From: the human T2T-CHM13v2.0 reference genome, Homo sapiens
DNA: 64,000 nucleotides
Reading direction: 5' to 3' (one strand)
Assembly: GCF_009914755.1 (NCBI RefSeq)
Contig: NC_060936.1
The notes below the pieces were generated by a model, which saw only the letters and a list, made by a program, of their open reading frames with translations, did no database searches and had not been told where the DNA came from. Of the stretch, positions 15,174 to 33,485 are shown one piece after another (the stretch's first letter is position 1; every line of letters begins with the position of its first letter). Made by a program: the position numbers and the translations under genes.

Positions 15174-18100
15174 TATGTTCACATACTCTTTTATATGCCT
15201 CTTTACCCTCTATACAATATGATGCTATCTGGATTTTCAATCTAAAATTTTAAATTCTAGACACTATGACTATTTTACCTCCTTTCCTGTTTTTAGTTTT
15301 TTTTTAAGACATTGAGAAAATTTATCAAGTATTTTATTCACTTTGCTTTACAAATCTCATGCAACACCTTCAGAATTGGATTCTTCTTTTATTTAAGCAA
15401 TTCTTCCAAAATTGTTTCCAGTACGTGTTTGGTTGCAGTATTTTTGAGGCCTTATATGCTTGAGCATATATCTCTTTATAGCTGAGAGGCTGTTTATCTC
15501 AATGTAAAATTATGGGTTCAATGCTCTTTTACTTCAGTACTTAAAAAATATATTTCTTTGTCTTTTGTGTACCCACTTTTGCTGTTAGAAAGTGATATAC
15601 TTTCTTTCCTGAAAGGCCTCAATTTTTTTTCTTGTCTTTGATATTCATAAATTTTAATATACTTCTTCCAAATATGTCTGTGTTCTTACTTATCTCTTGT
15701 GTTGAGCATTCAATGGGCACTCTCAACCTGCATTTTTTTGTTTTTTTTAATCTTAGTAAATTATTTGAAAATTTTCATTTATTATTTCTTTAAATATTTC
15801 TCCTCTTCAACTTATTTTTTCTCATTTTAAGGCATTAATAATTAAATTATTCTCAATTTTAGTTAAAAATTATGTATATCTTAACCTTTTACCTATATAT
15901 GCTTTCAATGTTTTAAATGAAATAACCAATTTTATTTTCCAATTCTTTCTTGTTTTAAGCCCATATATTATTTTATACTATTTTACATCTTGTACTCCAT
16001 ATTTTCTACTTGTTCTTTTTTGTTATCTTATTTTGCTTTTATTTCATTTTGCTAATATTCTTTTCTTATATATTTTGTGTATTTGTAATGCTTAAACTCC
16101 TGTTAAGTGTTTTGTAAAACAATTACTCCTTATGGTGTCTTCAAACCAGTTTACTTTTTTCTTTCTCTTTTGAAATGTTTTCTCAAAGACATCACTATTT
16201 TGCCCTGAAGTCACATTTACTTAGTTATGATAGTTTCTTTTTTATAGTAATTGCACAGGGGAAGAGCTAAAGGATAGAACTCTGTCATTGTGAACCCTGA
16301 AAGCTCAGAAAAAGGGGAGGGAAATGAGCCTCAAGGTGATGACCAGTAACCAATAAATCACGTCACTCTGCCCTTTGACAAACATTTCTTTATCCATGGC
16401 TCCCTCAGTCCCCTGAATGCGAAATTGCTTTGAGGAGATTGTTAACTAGTACTGCAGAAATACTGAGGGGATTACCTGTAGAAGGGAATGCTCAAGGCTA
16501 GTCAGCCTTTCCTCCTTTGCTCAGCTGCTCTGATTCAGAGCTACTCTGATTTTACTCTGGAGGACACATGCAACCAATGTCTGAACAGTCATACTCAATC
16601 CCTGCATTGAGGTAGAAAGCACTGATTCCTAGAGGCTGATCTGAATCATGCAACTGTATTGAAGGCAACAAAAAATAATAAAATAGCCATGTATTTTAAT
16701 AGGGAAAGTATATAGTAATTGAAAAGAAAAACCAAAATCAATACAAGTAGTATTGTGACCGAGAGACAAAGGTAAATTTGAAGATAGGTTTGTGATTTCA
16801 TAATGGAGACCTTTGAATGCTAGAAGCTACCCCCTCCCTTTGTAAAGAACAACATTAGGTAAATGATTAAAAAATTATGTCAAAGTCTATGATTTTGAAA
16901 CTCTACCATATTTGAAAATATTATATTAAAATAATGATACTAAACAAAGAATTTATGACAAATGTTCATCTTTTAAGTAAAAGAACCTTAAAATTTGTAA
17001 GCAGCTAAATCTAATGATATAGGCAACTGCTAGGATATCACAAAAGAATGGGATTTTAATAGTGAACTTATACAATTTGCCTGAAATTAATCAAATCAGC
17101 ACAGAAATGCACAGATGACAAACACTGTAAGATGTAAGAGGAATTAATCATAAGAGGTTTATTTGGCTAAAGTGACAATTGTTAAAGATAGAATTGCCTA
17201 ACGTTAGTTAATAACAGAAAAAATATCAGAAATTTTAAAAAATGCTGTCTTAATCTATTAAAATTATATAAAGATAAAGCAAAACAATGTAGGTTTATAA
17301 ACAAGAACCTTTAAAAAAGCATAATACTGATGCTTATTACAAATTTATATCTTGAGCTGGGGTACATCATCCAATTTACGCATGAGAAAAGTGTTTTATA
17401 ATTTTTCACTCTGTAATTCATATTTTAAGTTCATCTGAAATGTATTTTACAGAGGTAAGAACAAGCAACTTGGTGCTCAACTCTCTTCCTGCTCTTCGCC
17501 TAGTGCTAAAATAATTTGTGTAAATGAACTGTGAATGAATTTAAGTTTCAGAAATAAAATTTATATTAATAGAGAGAAAGAAGGATAAATCAATAGTCTT
17601 CCAAATATGATACATGTACAATGCAATGATATTCACAAACATCTTCATGAACACACGAACATAATTTCTTTTGAATCTTACCATGACCTTCTAAAATAAG
17701 TAAGCTAAATATTCTATATTATACTACTATTTATGAGGAAACTACATTTCTGTGAATTGTGTAACTTTTTCATCTTTATAAGGTTAGCAAGCAAAAACAA
17801 ACAAATAACAAAATAAACAAAAAAACAAAAACTTGGCCCAGATCTGACTTTAAAGTACCTTCACTTTTATTGTATCACATACGATCTCAGTCCACAGATG
17901 GGTTCCTGATTTAGCCAAGAATATAGTAAAGTGAGTGTAAAGTAGAAGAAAAAAGAAGGAAAATATTAGGTATAGAAACCTACATGAAATAAAATGAAAT
18001 AAAGAGAGCCTACTCTTTCTGAAATGCACCAGTAAAATGTACTCCTATCTTGTGTATTAAGTTTATAATCATACATTCAATTCAAAATTTAACTAAAACT

Positions 18101-18224
18101 ATGGAAACTGAGAGCTAATAATAAAATGATATACACAGCATTCTAACCAGAAAATCTTCTAAGCAATTGTACAATTCAGATAAGAAGAAATAATTACAAA
18201 TGTTCAGAAATTAAGATTAATTAA

Positions 18225-18533
<309 letters not shown>

Positions 18534-19048
18534 AAGACTGTATAATTTGTTCCTGAAGGGCAGGGAAAATGTAGTGGTAATTTTTCAAGATGAATTGGAA
18601 GATAAAGAAAGAGAGGTCACATTATTTGTGTTATTCAACTGAAATAGTTTTGAATTTCAATAAAACAAGCTAAGAAATGCCCTTTGTCATCAAATTGATG
18701 TGAAGAGTAAAAAAATTTTAAAAATGAAATTCTCTAAGATAATATGTGAAAATAAGACTATTTAAATTTCAACAAACATTTAACAAGTGTATACCCATCC
18801 TATGTTCGTTTTATCCAACTTCTTATCATTCCTAAGTATATTAAGTAAAGTAATAGCTATTAATATGTTGACGTCATTAGCAGAAAAATAACTTTGCAAA
18901 TGATTAAGTGATGACAGTTGTATATCCATGTTATTAGATGTTTAAAATTCAAAAAATAATTAATTCAATAAATTTTTGAAACAAATCCATAGAATAAAAA
19001 CATAGTTTTTCAAAATGTATTTTTCAAAGGTAAAAATTTCTCACATTA

Positions 19049-19348
<300 letters not shown>

Positions 19349-20312
19349 TTATTGTAAATACTATTACAATAGCTAACATAAATTCAAGATTTATAATTAT
19401 TTTTTTCTGATGCTCATACAAATACACATTTTACTGGATCTTGGGTGTTGTAGTAAAAAACAATTTCCTAAAACAAAAAAAAAGAATGTATACCTTAAAT
19501 ACATAGAATTTTATTTGTCAATCATACCTTAATATGAGAAAATAATGTTCTTCTTTTCCAAAGTAAAAAGAAATTAATAGAGCAAAGCTATATTTTACAA
19601 CAATGTACATATAATCCATAATTCTGTCTAATACTTGATATTCTACTAACTGAATTGAAGCAGTACTTGCCAACATTTACATATATATGAATAATTGAAT
19701 TATAAAAGTTATGAGATGCTGATCTGAATTACAAAAGTCCCTCTGCGATAGTAAACACATGCATAAATTAATTCTATAAAGTGTTATTGCATTTTCTCAA
19801 AATACATTGAAGTTCTGTAGTCAAAGTAATCAATAGAGAGCCAAAACTGTTTTTGAACAGTTTAGCATATTTTCATTATTAAAAACAAAACTTGCCAATA
19901 GATATAAGAAAAAGAGCTGACCAAATTAGAGTTTAAATAGCATAAAATAATAATTTTGAAATTCTAAAATTGTATTTTAGAAAATCATGACACGTAGAAA
20001 AATTATTTTAATACAGGTCTCATTTGAATTAGATAAACTTATATTCTATACCTGAATAAAAAGTAATTGAAAATACCTATGACTTTGCAGCAATAAAAAA
20101 TGGCAAATGATAAAAAATTCAAATTTTTCTTACATAAATATTTGTGAAAAGGGGAAACTGAAGAGAGAAAATATGATAGTTTATTTAAAGTGAAACATTT
20201 ACATAGTTTGATGTAGATAAAAGTAAATTGAGAAAATTCCTATTTGGCATTATTTGCTGTGAGTTTACCAAGATAATGTTTTTCTCCATTTTAAAAACAA
20301 TGGTCTATGGTC

Positions 20313-22316
20313 AAAAAGTAAGTCAAACTATCCCTGTTTGCAGGTGACATGATTCTATATCTAGAAAACCCCAAAAGCTCCTTCAGCTGATAAACAACTT
20401 CAGCAAAGTTACAGGACACAAAATCAATGTACAAAAATCAGTAGCATTCCTATACACCAACAACAGCCAAACCGAGAGCCAAATCAGGAAGGCAATCCCA
20501 TTCACAATTGACACAAAAAGAATAAAATACTTTGAAATATAGCTAACTAGGGAGGTGAAAAATCTCTACAATGAGACTTATGAAACACTGCTCAAAGAAA
20601 TTAGAGATGAAACAAACAAAGAGAAAAACATGCTTATAGATAGGAAGAATCAATATAATTAAAATGGTCATACTGCCCAAAGCAATTTATAGGTTCAGTG
20701 CTATTCCTATTAAACTACCAGCAATATTCTTCACAGAACTAAAAAAAAAAAAAAAAAAAAACTATTTTGAAATTCATACAGAACCAAAATGGCCAAATAG
20801 CGAAGACAATCTAAGCAAAAAGAATAAAGCTAGAGACATCATGCCGTCTGATTTCAAACTATACTACAGGACTATAGTAACCAAAACAGCATGGTACTAG
20901 TAGAAAAACAGACACATAAACCAATGGAACAAAATAGAGAGCCCAGAAATTAGGCCGCATGCCTATGAACATTTGATCTTCAACAAAGCTCACAAAAACA
21001 AGCAATGGGGAAAAAAAACCCTGTTCAATAAGTGATTCTGGGATAACTAGCTGGTCATACACAGAAAATTGAAATTCGACCCCTTCCTTACACCATACAT
21101 AAAAATTCTAAAAATTCAAATTATAAAAAAGGAAAAAAAAAATCAACTCCAGGCAGACTAAAGACTTAAATCTAAAACCTCAAACTACAAAAACCCTGGA
21201 AGACAACCTAGGCAATATCATCCTGGACATAGGAATGGCAAAGATTTCATGACAAATGACACCGAAAGCAATCAAAACAAAAGCAAATATTGACAAATGA
21301 GATATAATTAAACTTAAGAGCTTCTGCACAGAAAAAGAAACTGTCAACAGCATAAACAGACATCCTACAGAATGGGAGAAAATATTTACAAATATGCATC
21401 TAACAAAGGTCTAATATCCAGCATCTATAAGAAACTTAAATTTACAAGAGAAAAACAAACGGCCTCATTAAAAAGTAGGCAAAGGGTATGAACAGACACT
21501 TTTCAAAAGAAGACATACACATGGCCAACAAGCACTTGAAAAAAAGGCCAATATTACTGATCATTAGAGAAATTCAAATCAAAACCACAATGAGACATTA
21601 TCTCACGCTAGTCAGATTATTATTATTAAAAAATAAAAAACTAACAGATGCCTGGCAAGGTTGTGGAGAAAAGTGAACACTTATACACTGTTGGTGGGAG
21701 TGTAAATTAGTTCAACCATGTGCAAAGCAGTGTGGCAATTCCTCAAAGAGCTAAAACCAGAACTACCATTCAACCCAGCAACCTCATCACTGTGTATATA
21801 CACCCAGAGGAATATAAATCATTCTACTATAAAGACACAGGCATGTGAATGTTCATTGCAACATTATTCACAATAGCAAAGAAAGACATGGAATTAACCT
21901 ATATGCCCATCAATGACAGATTGGATAAAGAAAATGTGGTACATACTATGGAATACTATGCAGCCATAAAAGAACAAGGTCATGTCTTTTGTGGAAACAT
22001 GGATGGAGCTGGAAGCTATCATCTTTAGCAAACTAACACAGGAAGAGAAAACCAAATACTTCATGTTCTCACTTATAAGTGGGAGCTAAATGATGAGAAC
22101 TCATAAAGACAAAAAAGGGAATGACAAACACTGGGGTCTAGCTGAGGTTGGAGGGTGGAGGGTGGGAAGAGAGAGAGAAGCAGAAAAAATAACTATTGAG
22201 TACTAGGCTTAATACCTGAGTGATGAAATAATCTGTACCACAAACCCCCGTGACACGTGTTTACCTGTACAACAAACCTTCACATGTACCTCTGAACCTA
22301 AAAGTTAGAAAGAAAA
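20313..22316 (+). mobile_element. 5'-truncated L1PA (L1PA13-like), ORF2 C-terminus and 3'UTR
   Basis: ORF2p fragments 20664..20900 ([17 protein letters not shown]) and 21488..21676 (MNRHFSKEDI); 3'UTR ends ...aacctaaaagtt. Confidence 0.9.
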
Positions 22317-22373
22317 TATTAACAACTTTAAATTTAGTAATCATAAATGTCAAATTAAAAAAAAAAGATTTTA

Positions 22374-22680
<307 letters not shown>

Positions 22681-24150
22681 TTATAAATAAACTAAAATTT
22701 CTAGGAACAATTTTTTAAAATCAGAAAAATAAGTCATATGATAATACAGATACTCTTAAGAAATGCATAAAATATATGAATATACATGTGTACTTATTGA
22801 TGTGCATGAAGATACACTAATATATCCAACAAGAATAAGCACATCCATTATTTTATAATATTAAAGTAAGCAATAAAAGGAACACTTAAAAATATTTTCT
22901 TCAATTTAATTGACTATATTTTTTTATTTGGAAAACAATTTTAACACATATTTTAAATAGTTTAAATAGAGAAAAATGTAAATAAAGCTGTATTACAAAG
23001 ATATTCATTGATAAACACTTCAAAAAATTTTTCAACTTCCTTATTTTTATCACGTATTTTGCTCTAGAAAATTTCCATTCCACATGATACATTTGTTGTA
23101 TAAGAGATACAAAACAAATTCCTACTAGGGGAAATAAAGCTTCAGTAAGGAGGTGGCATTAAGCTGGGCTTTAAAATTCATGCAGAATTCCCGTTGCTTC
23201 AAATGGAGAGAAGCAGCAGTGTACCACAGATAAATGAAGTGAGACGTAATAAGGGTTTGGCTCAAGATAATAAGGAGATGTATAATACTTTTTTATGTAT
23301 AATACTTTTGTTCCAATTCCCTTTATGCTTTACTTCAGTTTTGTTTCTCTAGTTAAATAACTTTGCATCTCTAAACTTTATTATTCTTATTTGTATAATG
23401 AAGAGAGTAACTTATGCCAGGCAAAGATTTTACAGACACTAGAAATAATATATACAAAATAGTTGGAATAGTTCCTGAAAAATAGTAGGTTCCACATGAT
23501 AACAAGATTTATGCTTGTGCTCTTTCTGTATTATTTGGAAAGAAATATGTGAAGTGCAGGAAAGTGGTGTGAAGTTATTTTTGTGGGATATCTGGTGTAA
23601 TCTTTCTCTTTTATCTATGTTATCAAATATTTTTCAAAAGCTGTATTTCTCATTAGTGCTTTTTGTGAATAAATTAACTAGGAAAATTAGAAGAATGGCA
23701 ACAATATACATCATAGAAAGGCATAGATTACAAAGAGAGTATATACACAATACCTGTCCGGAAGATGTGGTATAAGCCAATATTTTAATTATACTTATTT
23801 ACTTCAGATATTGCAAATTTTTCTTATTTTTATACCTTCTTTCTTTTAATGACATTTCCTATATTTTCATTCACTATGACATTGTTTTCTTTATATCAAT
23901 ACTTATGAAGAGAGCTAACTATTCTAACTAGGGAGTAGTTAGACTAGTTATTTTAAAATACTTCATTAAAGGACTACAACGTGTGTACCATCTATGACTT
24001 AGTATTGATTGATTGTCATCTTTCATGTTCTTCATAAGTGGGTAATTTTGAACACTGTTATATTATTTCAAAGGGTGTTATTTGTTTGTTCAGATGTTTT
24101 ACAAAGTAATTAACTTTGTTGGCTTGAAATTGCAAACTCTGTCTTCTTGG

Positions 24151-24489
24151 TGTCTTAGTCAATTCAGGCTGCTATGACAAAAATACCACAGACTGGGTAG
24201 CTTAAACAACAAACATTTATTTCTCACAGTTCAGTAGGCTGGGAGACCAAGATCAGGGTGCCAGTATGGTTAGCTTCTGGTGACAGTTCTCTTCTTGCTT
24301 TCCTGACATGGCTAAAAGAGAAAGAGAATGGAAGTGAGTTCTCTTCTTAAAAGGGTACAAATCTCATTCATGAGGGTTCCACAGCCATTATCTAATCACC
24401 CCCCAAAAGCTTCACCTCCTGATACCATCACATTGGGTTAGGATTTGACATGCGCATTTGAGAGGGACACAAACATTCATTCTATGACA
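24151..24489 (-). mobile_element. MLT1A-type MaLR solo LTR
   Basis: tgtcttagtcaattcaggctgctatgacaaaaataccacagactggg...acaaacattcattctatgaca. Confidence 0.85.
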
Positions 24490-26191
24490 GATGGTAATCG
24501 AAGCAAAGACAATGAATGGGTTTGCCCAGCAAGAGTATGTAGAGTAAAAAGAGAAGACGGTATGAAACAAATCACTGAAAAAAAAAAATGTAACAGCCAG
24601 AATAACATGATCTAAGGATACTTGGGAGGAATTATGCAAAAAATAGGATTTGAGTCATGCAGGCAAACTCTTTAAATTTTTACTGGAAAAGACATGAGAG
24701 ACAGAGTTATGGAAAAGAAAGCATTTGGTGGAGGCAGATCCATTTTTTCTAATAAAATAAATTAATATGGATGAATTGTACAATCATTCCTTAGTAAATT
24801 TCAAAACTGCATCCAGGCAAATCTCTTATGCAACAGGCCTGCCTTAGTTGTGTCTACTGGGTACTTGTTTATTTTTAGGCATGTCAAATTCGACTTGTGA
24901 AAAGATGATTATATTGTCTTTAATGCTGTCTTCTTTTTCCCACCAAATGACAGTTATTCAAACCAGAAACTATAAAACAAACATACAGTTATCCGAACTA
25001 GAAAACAAAATCAGAATTTACATTTTCTATTTTCCCCACCTCCTGTTGGTTCTCCTCTTAAACTTCTCCTTGTGTGTCTGTAAGCTTGTTATACACTTTT
25101 CATCTCTACTCTTTTTTATTTTCTGAAGTCAGCTTTCTAACAGATCTCTTTTTCCTAAGTTCTTCTTCTTCATGGCTGCCAGAATTAACCATCTAAAATT
25201 TAATTTTGTTATGTAACATTTTAAAGTGCATATTGACTCCTCAATGTTGAACATATTTCTATCCTTACACTTCACCTACACAAATAATATTTCTGTTTTT
25301 CAAATAATCCGTGTTATTTCACTTCTTAGGGGCTTTTCATGTGCTTCCTATTTTGTTTTAAGTATTTTGTGTCTTCAATATCTAAGCTTCTATAATCAAC
25401 TGAAGACTTAGCCCCAATGTCAACACATCTTTAAGAACTTTAACCTGTAAGGTCAGAATAGTCCCTTTTTCCTATCTGCACATAACATTACAAACTTATG
25501 GCAATTATAGAACTCAATACATATTATACTGTCATTATTGGTTTATTGCTGCTGAAGATTATAATTTTCAGTGCATTGATTATGTCTTATTTGTTTTTAC
25601 TGCCCTTGTTCCTGTTCCTCTGTACCTGCCTCAACTACATAGCTTAGCAGACTAACTGCTATATTACAGTTGCTCAATGAATGTTTCTTGAGTAAATCAG
25701 TTGAGTTCCAAAGCTAATCCAAGTTGTGCGTTTGACAAATTAGAAGCTTGGAACTGTCTTCTGACTTTAAGTTTAGAACTATTGCCATAATAAATTAATG
25801 ACCGATCTGCCATGATTGCAGGCAAGTAGAGACTTTATTTCTTATCTCAATGTCAGTTGTCTCTTTCTGCCAATGCACATTTTATTTGATGATTGTGCAC
25901 ATTTATATCTCTGGTTTTTATTTAAATAAATTTAGAACATATAGCTGGAGACGGTAGCTCAAACCGAGGATGAAAATAGACATTTATCAAGGTTATTATG
26001 TAGCTAGCACTGCATGTACACAGAGGTATTTAGGGAGCCACACATATGTCCAAGGCAAGACATATGCTCATAAAACGTCTGAGAAGATTGTATCCTTTTA
26101 CCTAATGCTAATCCCCAAGCTTAGAACAAGGCAAGTGAAAGGTCAAAGGGATAAAAAAATACAATAAACAAAATAAAAATTTACAAGAAGT

Positions 26192-26551
26192 TGTTATGGA
26201 CTAAATATTTGTTCCCCTCTCCCCAAAATTGTGTATTGAATTTCAAAATCCAATGTGATAGTATTTGGGAGTCTTTGGGAGCTAAAGAGATCATGAGAAA
26301 TTTGCTCTTATAATGTGAGTAGTGCCTTACAAGAAAATGCTGGAGAGCTCACTAGATTTTTTTCCTCCATGTGAGAATACAAAGAGAAGTTAGCTGTTTG
26401 CAGCCTAGGAGAGGGCCCTCACCAGAAATTGACCATGCTGGCACCCTTATCTCAGACTTCTCACCCTTCAGAACTGTGAGAAATAAATGTTTGTTGTTTA
26501 AGCCATCCGTTCCATCATAATTTGTGATAGCAGTCTGAACTGACTTAGACA
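26192..26551 (+). mobile_element. MLT1A-type MaLR solo LTR
   Basis: TG...CA ends; 5-bp TSD gaagt/aaagt; AATAAA at 26482-26487. Confidence 0.85.
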
Positions 26552-26556
26552 AAAGT

Positions 26557-27715
26557 TCAACAGCAAATTTGAGCAGTTAGAACACAGAATCCGCAAACTT
26601 GAAGATAAGACAATTGAAATGATTAGTCTGAGAAGCAGAAAGAAAAAAAAAACGAAGAAAAATTAACAAAACATACGGAACTGTGGGACACTATCAGGTG
26701 AACCAGCATAACAATTACAGTAGTTCTAGAAAGAGAAGAGACAGAGAAAAGGGAAGAAATAATATTTGAAAAAAAAGTGGCCGAGAACGTCCCAAATTTG
26801 ATAAAATATATGATCTCAATATCGTAGAAGCATAAGAAAATCCAAATAAACTCAGAGATCCACTTTGAGGCACATTATGATCAAACTGTCAAAGGCCAAA
26901 AAAATAAAAATAAATTCAGAATCTTGACAGCAACAAGAGTAGGAAATAATCATGGGCAAGAGTTCCTTAATAAGATTAACAACTGATTTCTCATCAGAGA
27001 CCAGAAGACATTGAAATGATATATCCAATAAAGAACTGATATTCAAAAGTATGCAAAGAACATCTAAAACTCAATAATTAGAAAAATAACCCAATGATAA
27101 AATGAGGATGATATCTGAACAGATGCCTCACTGAAGAAGATATAGAGACAACAAATGAGCATGTGGAAAAATGCTCCACATCCCGTCATTAGGGAATTGT
27201 AAATTAAACAATAAGCTATGTCACTGTATACTTGTTAAAAGGACTAAAATTCCAAACACAAAAATATACCAAATACTGGCAAGAATGTGGAGCGACAAGA
27301 ACTCTTATTTACTGCCAGTGAGAATGCAAAATAGTGCAGCCACTTTGGAAAATATTCTAATAGTTTCTTACAAATTTAAAGATAGGCTTACCATACAATC
27401 AAGCATTTGTAGTCCTTGGTATTTACTGAAATAAGTATCAAGTGGAAAGCATGTCTACACAACAGCCTACAAAGAGGTGTTTATAGCAGCCTTATTGATA
27501 ATTGCCATAAGTTAGAAGCAACCAAGGTGTCCTTCAATATGAGAATAGGTAAAGCGACCTTGGTACATTCATGCAATAGAATAAGAATATTTTTAGTGAT
27601 TAACAAGAAATGAGACATAACCAATGAAAAGACATGAAACATTAAAAGTATATTTATAAGTAAAAGAACGCAATATTAAAATGTTACCTACTATATGATT
27701 CCAACTATATGACAA
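26557..27715 (+). mobile_element. L1MC-like fragments (ORF1 joined to ORF2 3' end)
   Basis: ORF1-like sequence to about 27025, then L1MC-type 3' sequence (aatgctccacatcccgtcattagggaattg). Confidence 0.7.
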
Positions 27716-28204
27716 ATTTTATTTTATAAATGCTTTACCACAAAAGTTAATTCTAAAAATGTTTGCCACCAAAAAACAAACAAAAAACATGGTAGAGATC
27801 ATCTTTATAGTTTTTTATAATAATCCTCTTGATAAAGATTATATCATAAGAAATCTTGACAGTTTACATTCAAGGATATGACATTTTATTTACAAATTAA
27901 TGAAATCTAATAAAATGTGACAATGAAAATTTAGCTGAGTATAAAAGAACCTAAATTAGTAGACGGTGAGAGAGGAATGGGGGAGGGGATGTTTACAAGA
28001 AGTTCTACATCAGTACAGAACTTCATAAATTAGTGGATAAGAGCATGGTGAAGAGCAATTGTAAATCAAATGAAAATGTTGTGGAACTCTTATTAGTATC
28101 TGCAGCCACTCTGGCACTTTAAACATATCCAGTAGGAGAGGTTAATTCTCTCAGCAGGAGACCACTCACATTACTTTTTTCTCCCTATAAAATAATGCAT
28201 CGTT

Positions 28205-31085
<2,881 letters not shown>

Positions 31086-31569
31086 TCTTCCACATTTCTT
31101 AGTCCTTTTTAATAAAATGATTTTTTAATGATTAGGACCTGAACAATTTTCATCACTATTCTATGGCACAAAGACTGCATACATTTTTACAAGATGTTAG
31201 AATTGACTATCTTTGAAGAAAACCTTCATAATTTTTGTCTAACTCTGTTGCTCCTTTCTCCTGTTTTATTATTCCCATCATCAACTTAATACAACTAGTT
31301 TTGATACTCTTCTACATTTTATGCTGTTTCTTAGATAACTTTTTACATTTTATTTTAAAACTTTTAGTTATCTCTATAAGTTGTATCATTTAATAAATCT
31401 TTTGAATTCCTTTTATCTTCATTGATAGCATATATCATTTGATAGTTTCTTATGCAGAAAGGAACACACCCACATTTTGTCGGCTATCAAAGAGTTTTGT
31501 TGGGCCTTTTATCTCTGTCCCCCAAACATGGCCTAGGGCCAGACACAGAGTAGGTTTTGGTTATATAAA

Positions 31570-32275
31570 TGTTCACTCATTATTTCTTAAGCATCTTTGT
31601 GACAGACACTGTCCTAATCACTGGGGACGGAGCAATGAACAAAACAGACAAAAACCTATGACTTGATGGGGCTAATATTCTGCTGTGGCAATATAAAATA
31701 AACTCATAAAGGAATAAATGTATTGTGAGCAGAAAGGGGTGCAATTTTAAAGAGATTGATCAAGGAAAACCTCACTGTGAAAGTTCCACTGAGCAAAACT
31801 CTTAAGGGTGTGAAGGAATGAATGATAGAAATACGACTATGGGGAAGAGCCTTTCATGTCAAGTGAAAAGCAAGAACAAAAAGCCTGGAGCAATATAATG
31901 AATCTGGAATGCTCAATATACAGCAACAAGGTCTAATGTAGCTGGAGAGGAATGACCAAGGACAAGAGTAACAAAGTATAAGATTAGAAAGATAAAGAGG
32001 AATATTTGTGGGGAGGTGGGTGTAAAAAAGAGGATAGGTTGTTTATGGTCTCATAGGTTATTGGAAAAACTTGATATGACTATAAGTTACATAGGAAAAC
32101 AGAGGGGCAGCATGATCTATTTCTGATTTGTAAAGGACTTCTTTAGCTACTTTGTTGAGAAGAGACTGTTAGGCAGATGTGCACAGAAGTAGAAACATGG
32201 CTCAGGAGGCTCTTGCAATAATTGAAGCTAGGCATGGTGGTGGAAACCACTGGGAAATATAGGAGGTAATTAGAA
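31570..32275 (-). mobile_element. L2 fragment
   Basis: ttcactcattatttcttaagcatc...gacactgtcctaatcactgggg...gcaatgaacaaaacagacaaaaacc. Confidence 0.7.
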
Positions 32276-32279
32276 GAGG

Positions 32280-32665
32280 TCGTTTAGTCAGTTCAGGCTG
32301 ACAGAATAGAATAGACTTGGTGACTTAAACAACAAATATTTGTCTCTCACATTTCCGGAGGCTGAGAATTCTGATATCAGGGTTCTGGCATAATTGAGTT
32401 CTGATAAGGGCCCTATTCCTGGTTTCCAGAAGGCCATATCCTCATTGTGTCATCACTTGGGGGTAGGGGAGAGAGAGAGAGAAAGAGAGAAATAGAGGGA
32501 ATCCCTAATTTCTTGTCTTATAAGGGCACTGATCTTATCAAGAGGGCTCCATTCTCATGACCTAATTTCCTCAAAAAGACCCTATCACCAAACATCAACA
32601 CACTGGAAATTAGAGTTTCAACATATAAATTTGAGGTAGGGGATATAAAGATGTAATACATAACA
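32280..32665 (-). mobile_element. MLT1A/B-type MaLR solo LTR with internal (GA)n
   Basis: ttagtcagttcaggctg...acttaaacaacaaatatttgtctctcac...cataaca. Confidence 0.75.
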
Positions 32666-33279
32666 GGGTAAATATTAATAGTAGAGAGCCCAAAGAAATT
32701 TGTTTATGGATATAAATGTGAGCTGTAATAGAAATGATTAATCGATACATTTTATTAACATGAAATTGACAAATAAAACATCTATAACCACTGCATCTTA
32801 CACTGGATGTCAGTCACTTGTGTTGGTCATAGAATTTTTCTTTGCCTCTGCAAAGTTCTGTTTTTCAGCTGGCTTCCTGGAAATGCTGCCTTTGAGAATG
32901 TACTGCCACTCCCCTCCCAGTTAGCCAATGCTATTCATATGGAAATAAAGAATAGCTCACCATCATGGCCATCTGAGAACATGATGTAGCTTTCTATAAA
33001 TCAGTTAATGAGATTAATTTAAAAATAACAACCTTAACTGTAATGCTCTAATATTTTGATATTATAACCAAATTAGAAATGATGCTTTATCAGTGTAGTG
33101 ATAATAACATTTAAATGGCTGAGTAGTAGTACCTGGTAAAAGGGAAAACTAAGTATGGTTTTTAAGATACAAATAATGTTTTTAAGTAAAGAAGAAAGCT
33201 ATTATAATTCCATGTGCCTATTGACATTATATAGTCCTTCGATTAACCATTTTCCCCCTTTCCTTCTGATTTTTCTTAG

Positions 33280-33421
33280 ATGTTCTTGGCAGCTCTGTCA
33301 CTCAGCTTTATTGCTAAGACACTAGGTGCAATTATTATGAAAAGTTCCATCATTCATATAGAACGGAGATTTGAGATATCCTCTTCTCTTGTTGGTTTTA
33401 TTGACGGAAGCTTTGAAATTG
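33280..33421 (+). CDS. SLCO1B1: OATP1B1 exon 3 (c.85-226, 142 nt)
   Basis: Acceptor ttttcttAG|ATG; translates [47 protein letters not shown](G); donor G|gtaaca. Confidence 0.97.
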
Positions 33422-33485
33422 GTAACATTTATTTTCTATTTTAATAACCAAACTTGCAAAGTTAAAAAATATATATGCTTTACAC

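Noticed and set aside
24151-26551. Two MLT1A LTRs as the ends of one provirus
   Set aside because: They are in opposite orientations, the second has its own TSD, and no internal MaLR sequence lies between them.
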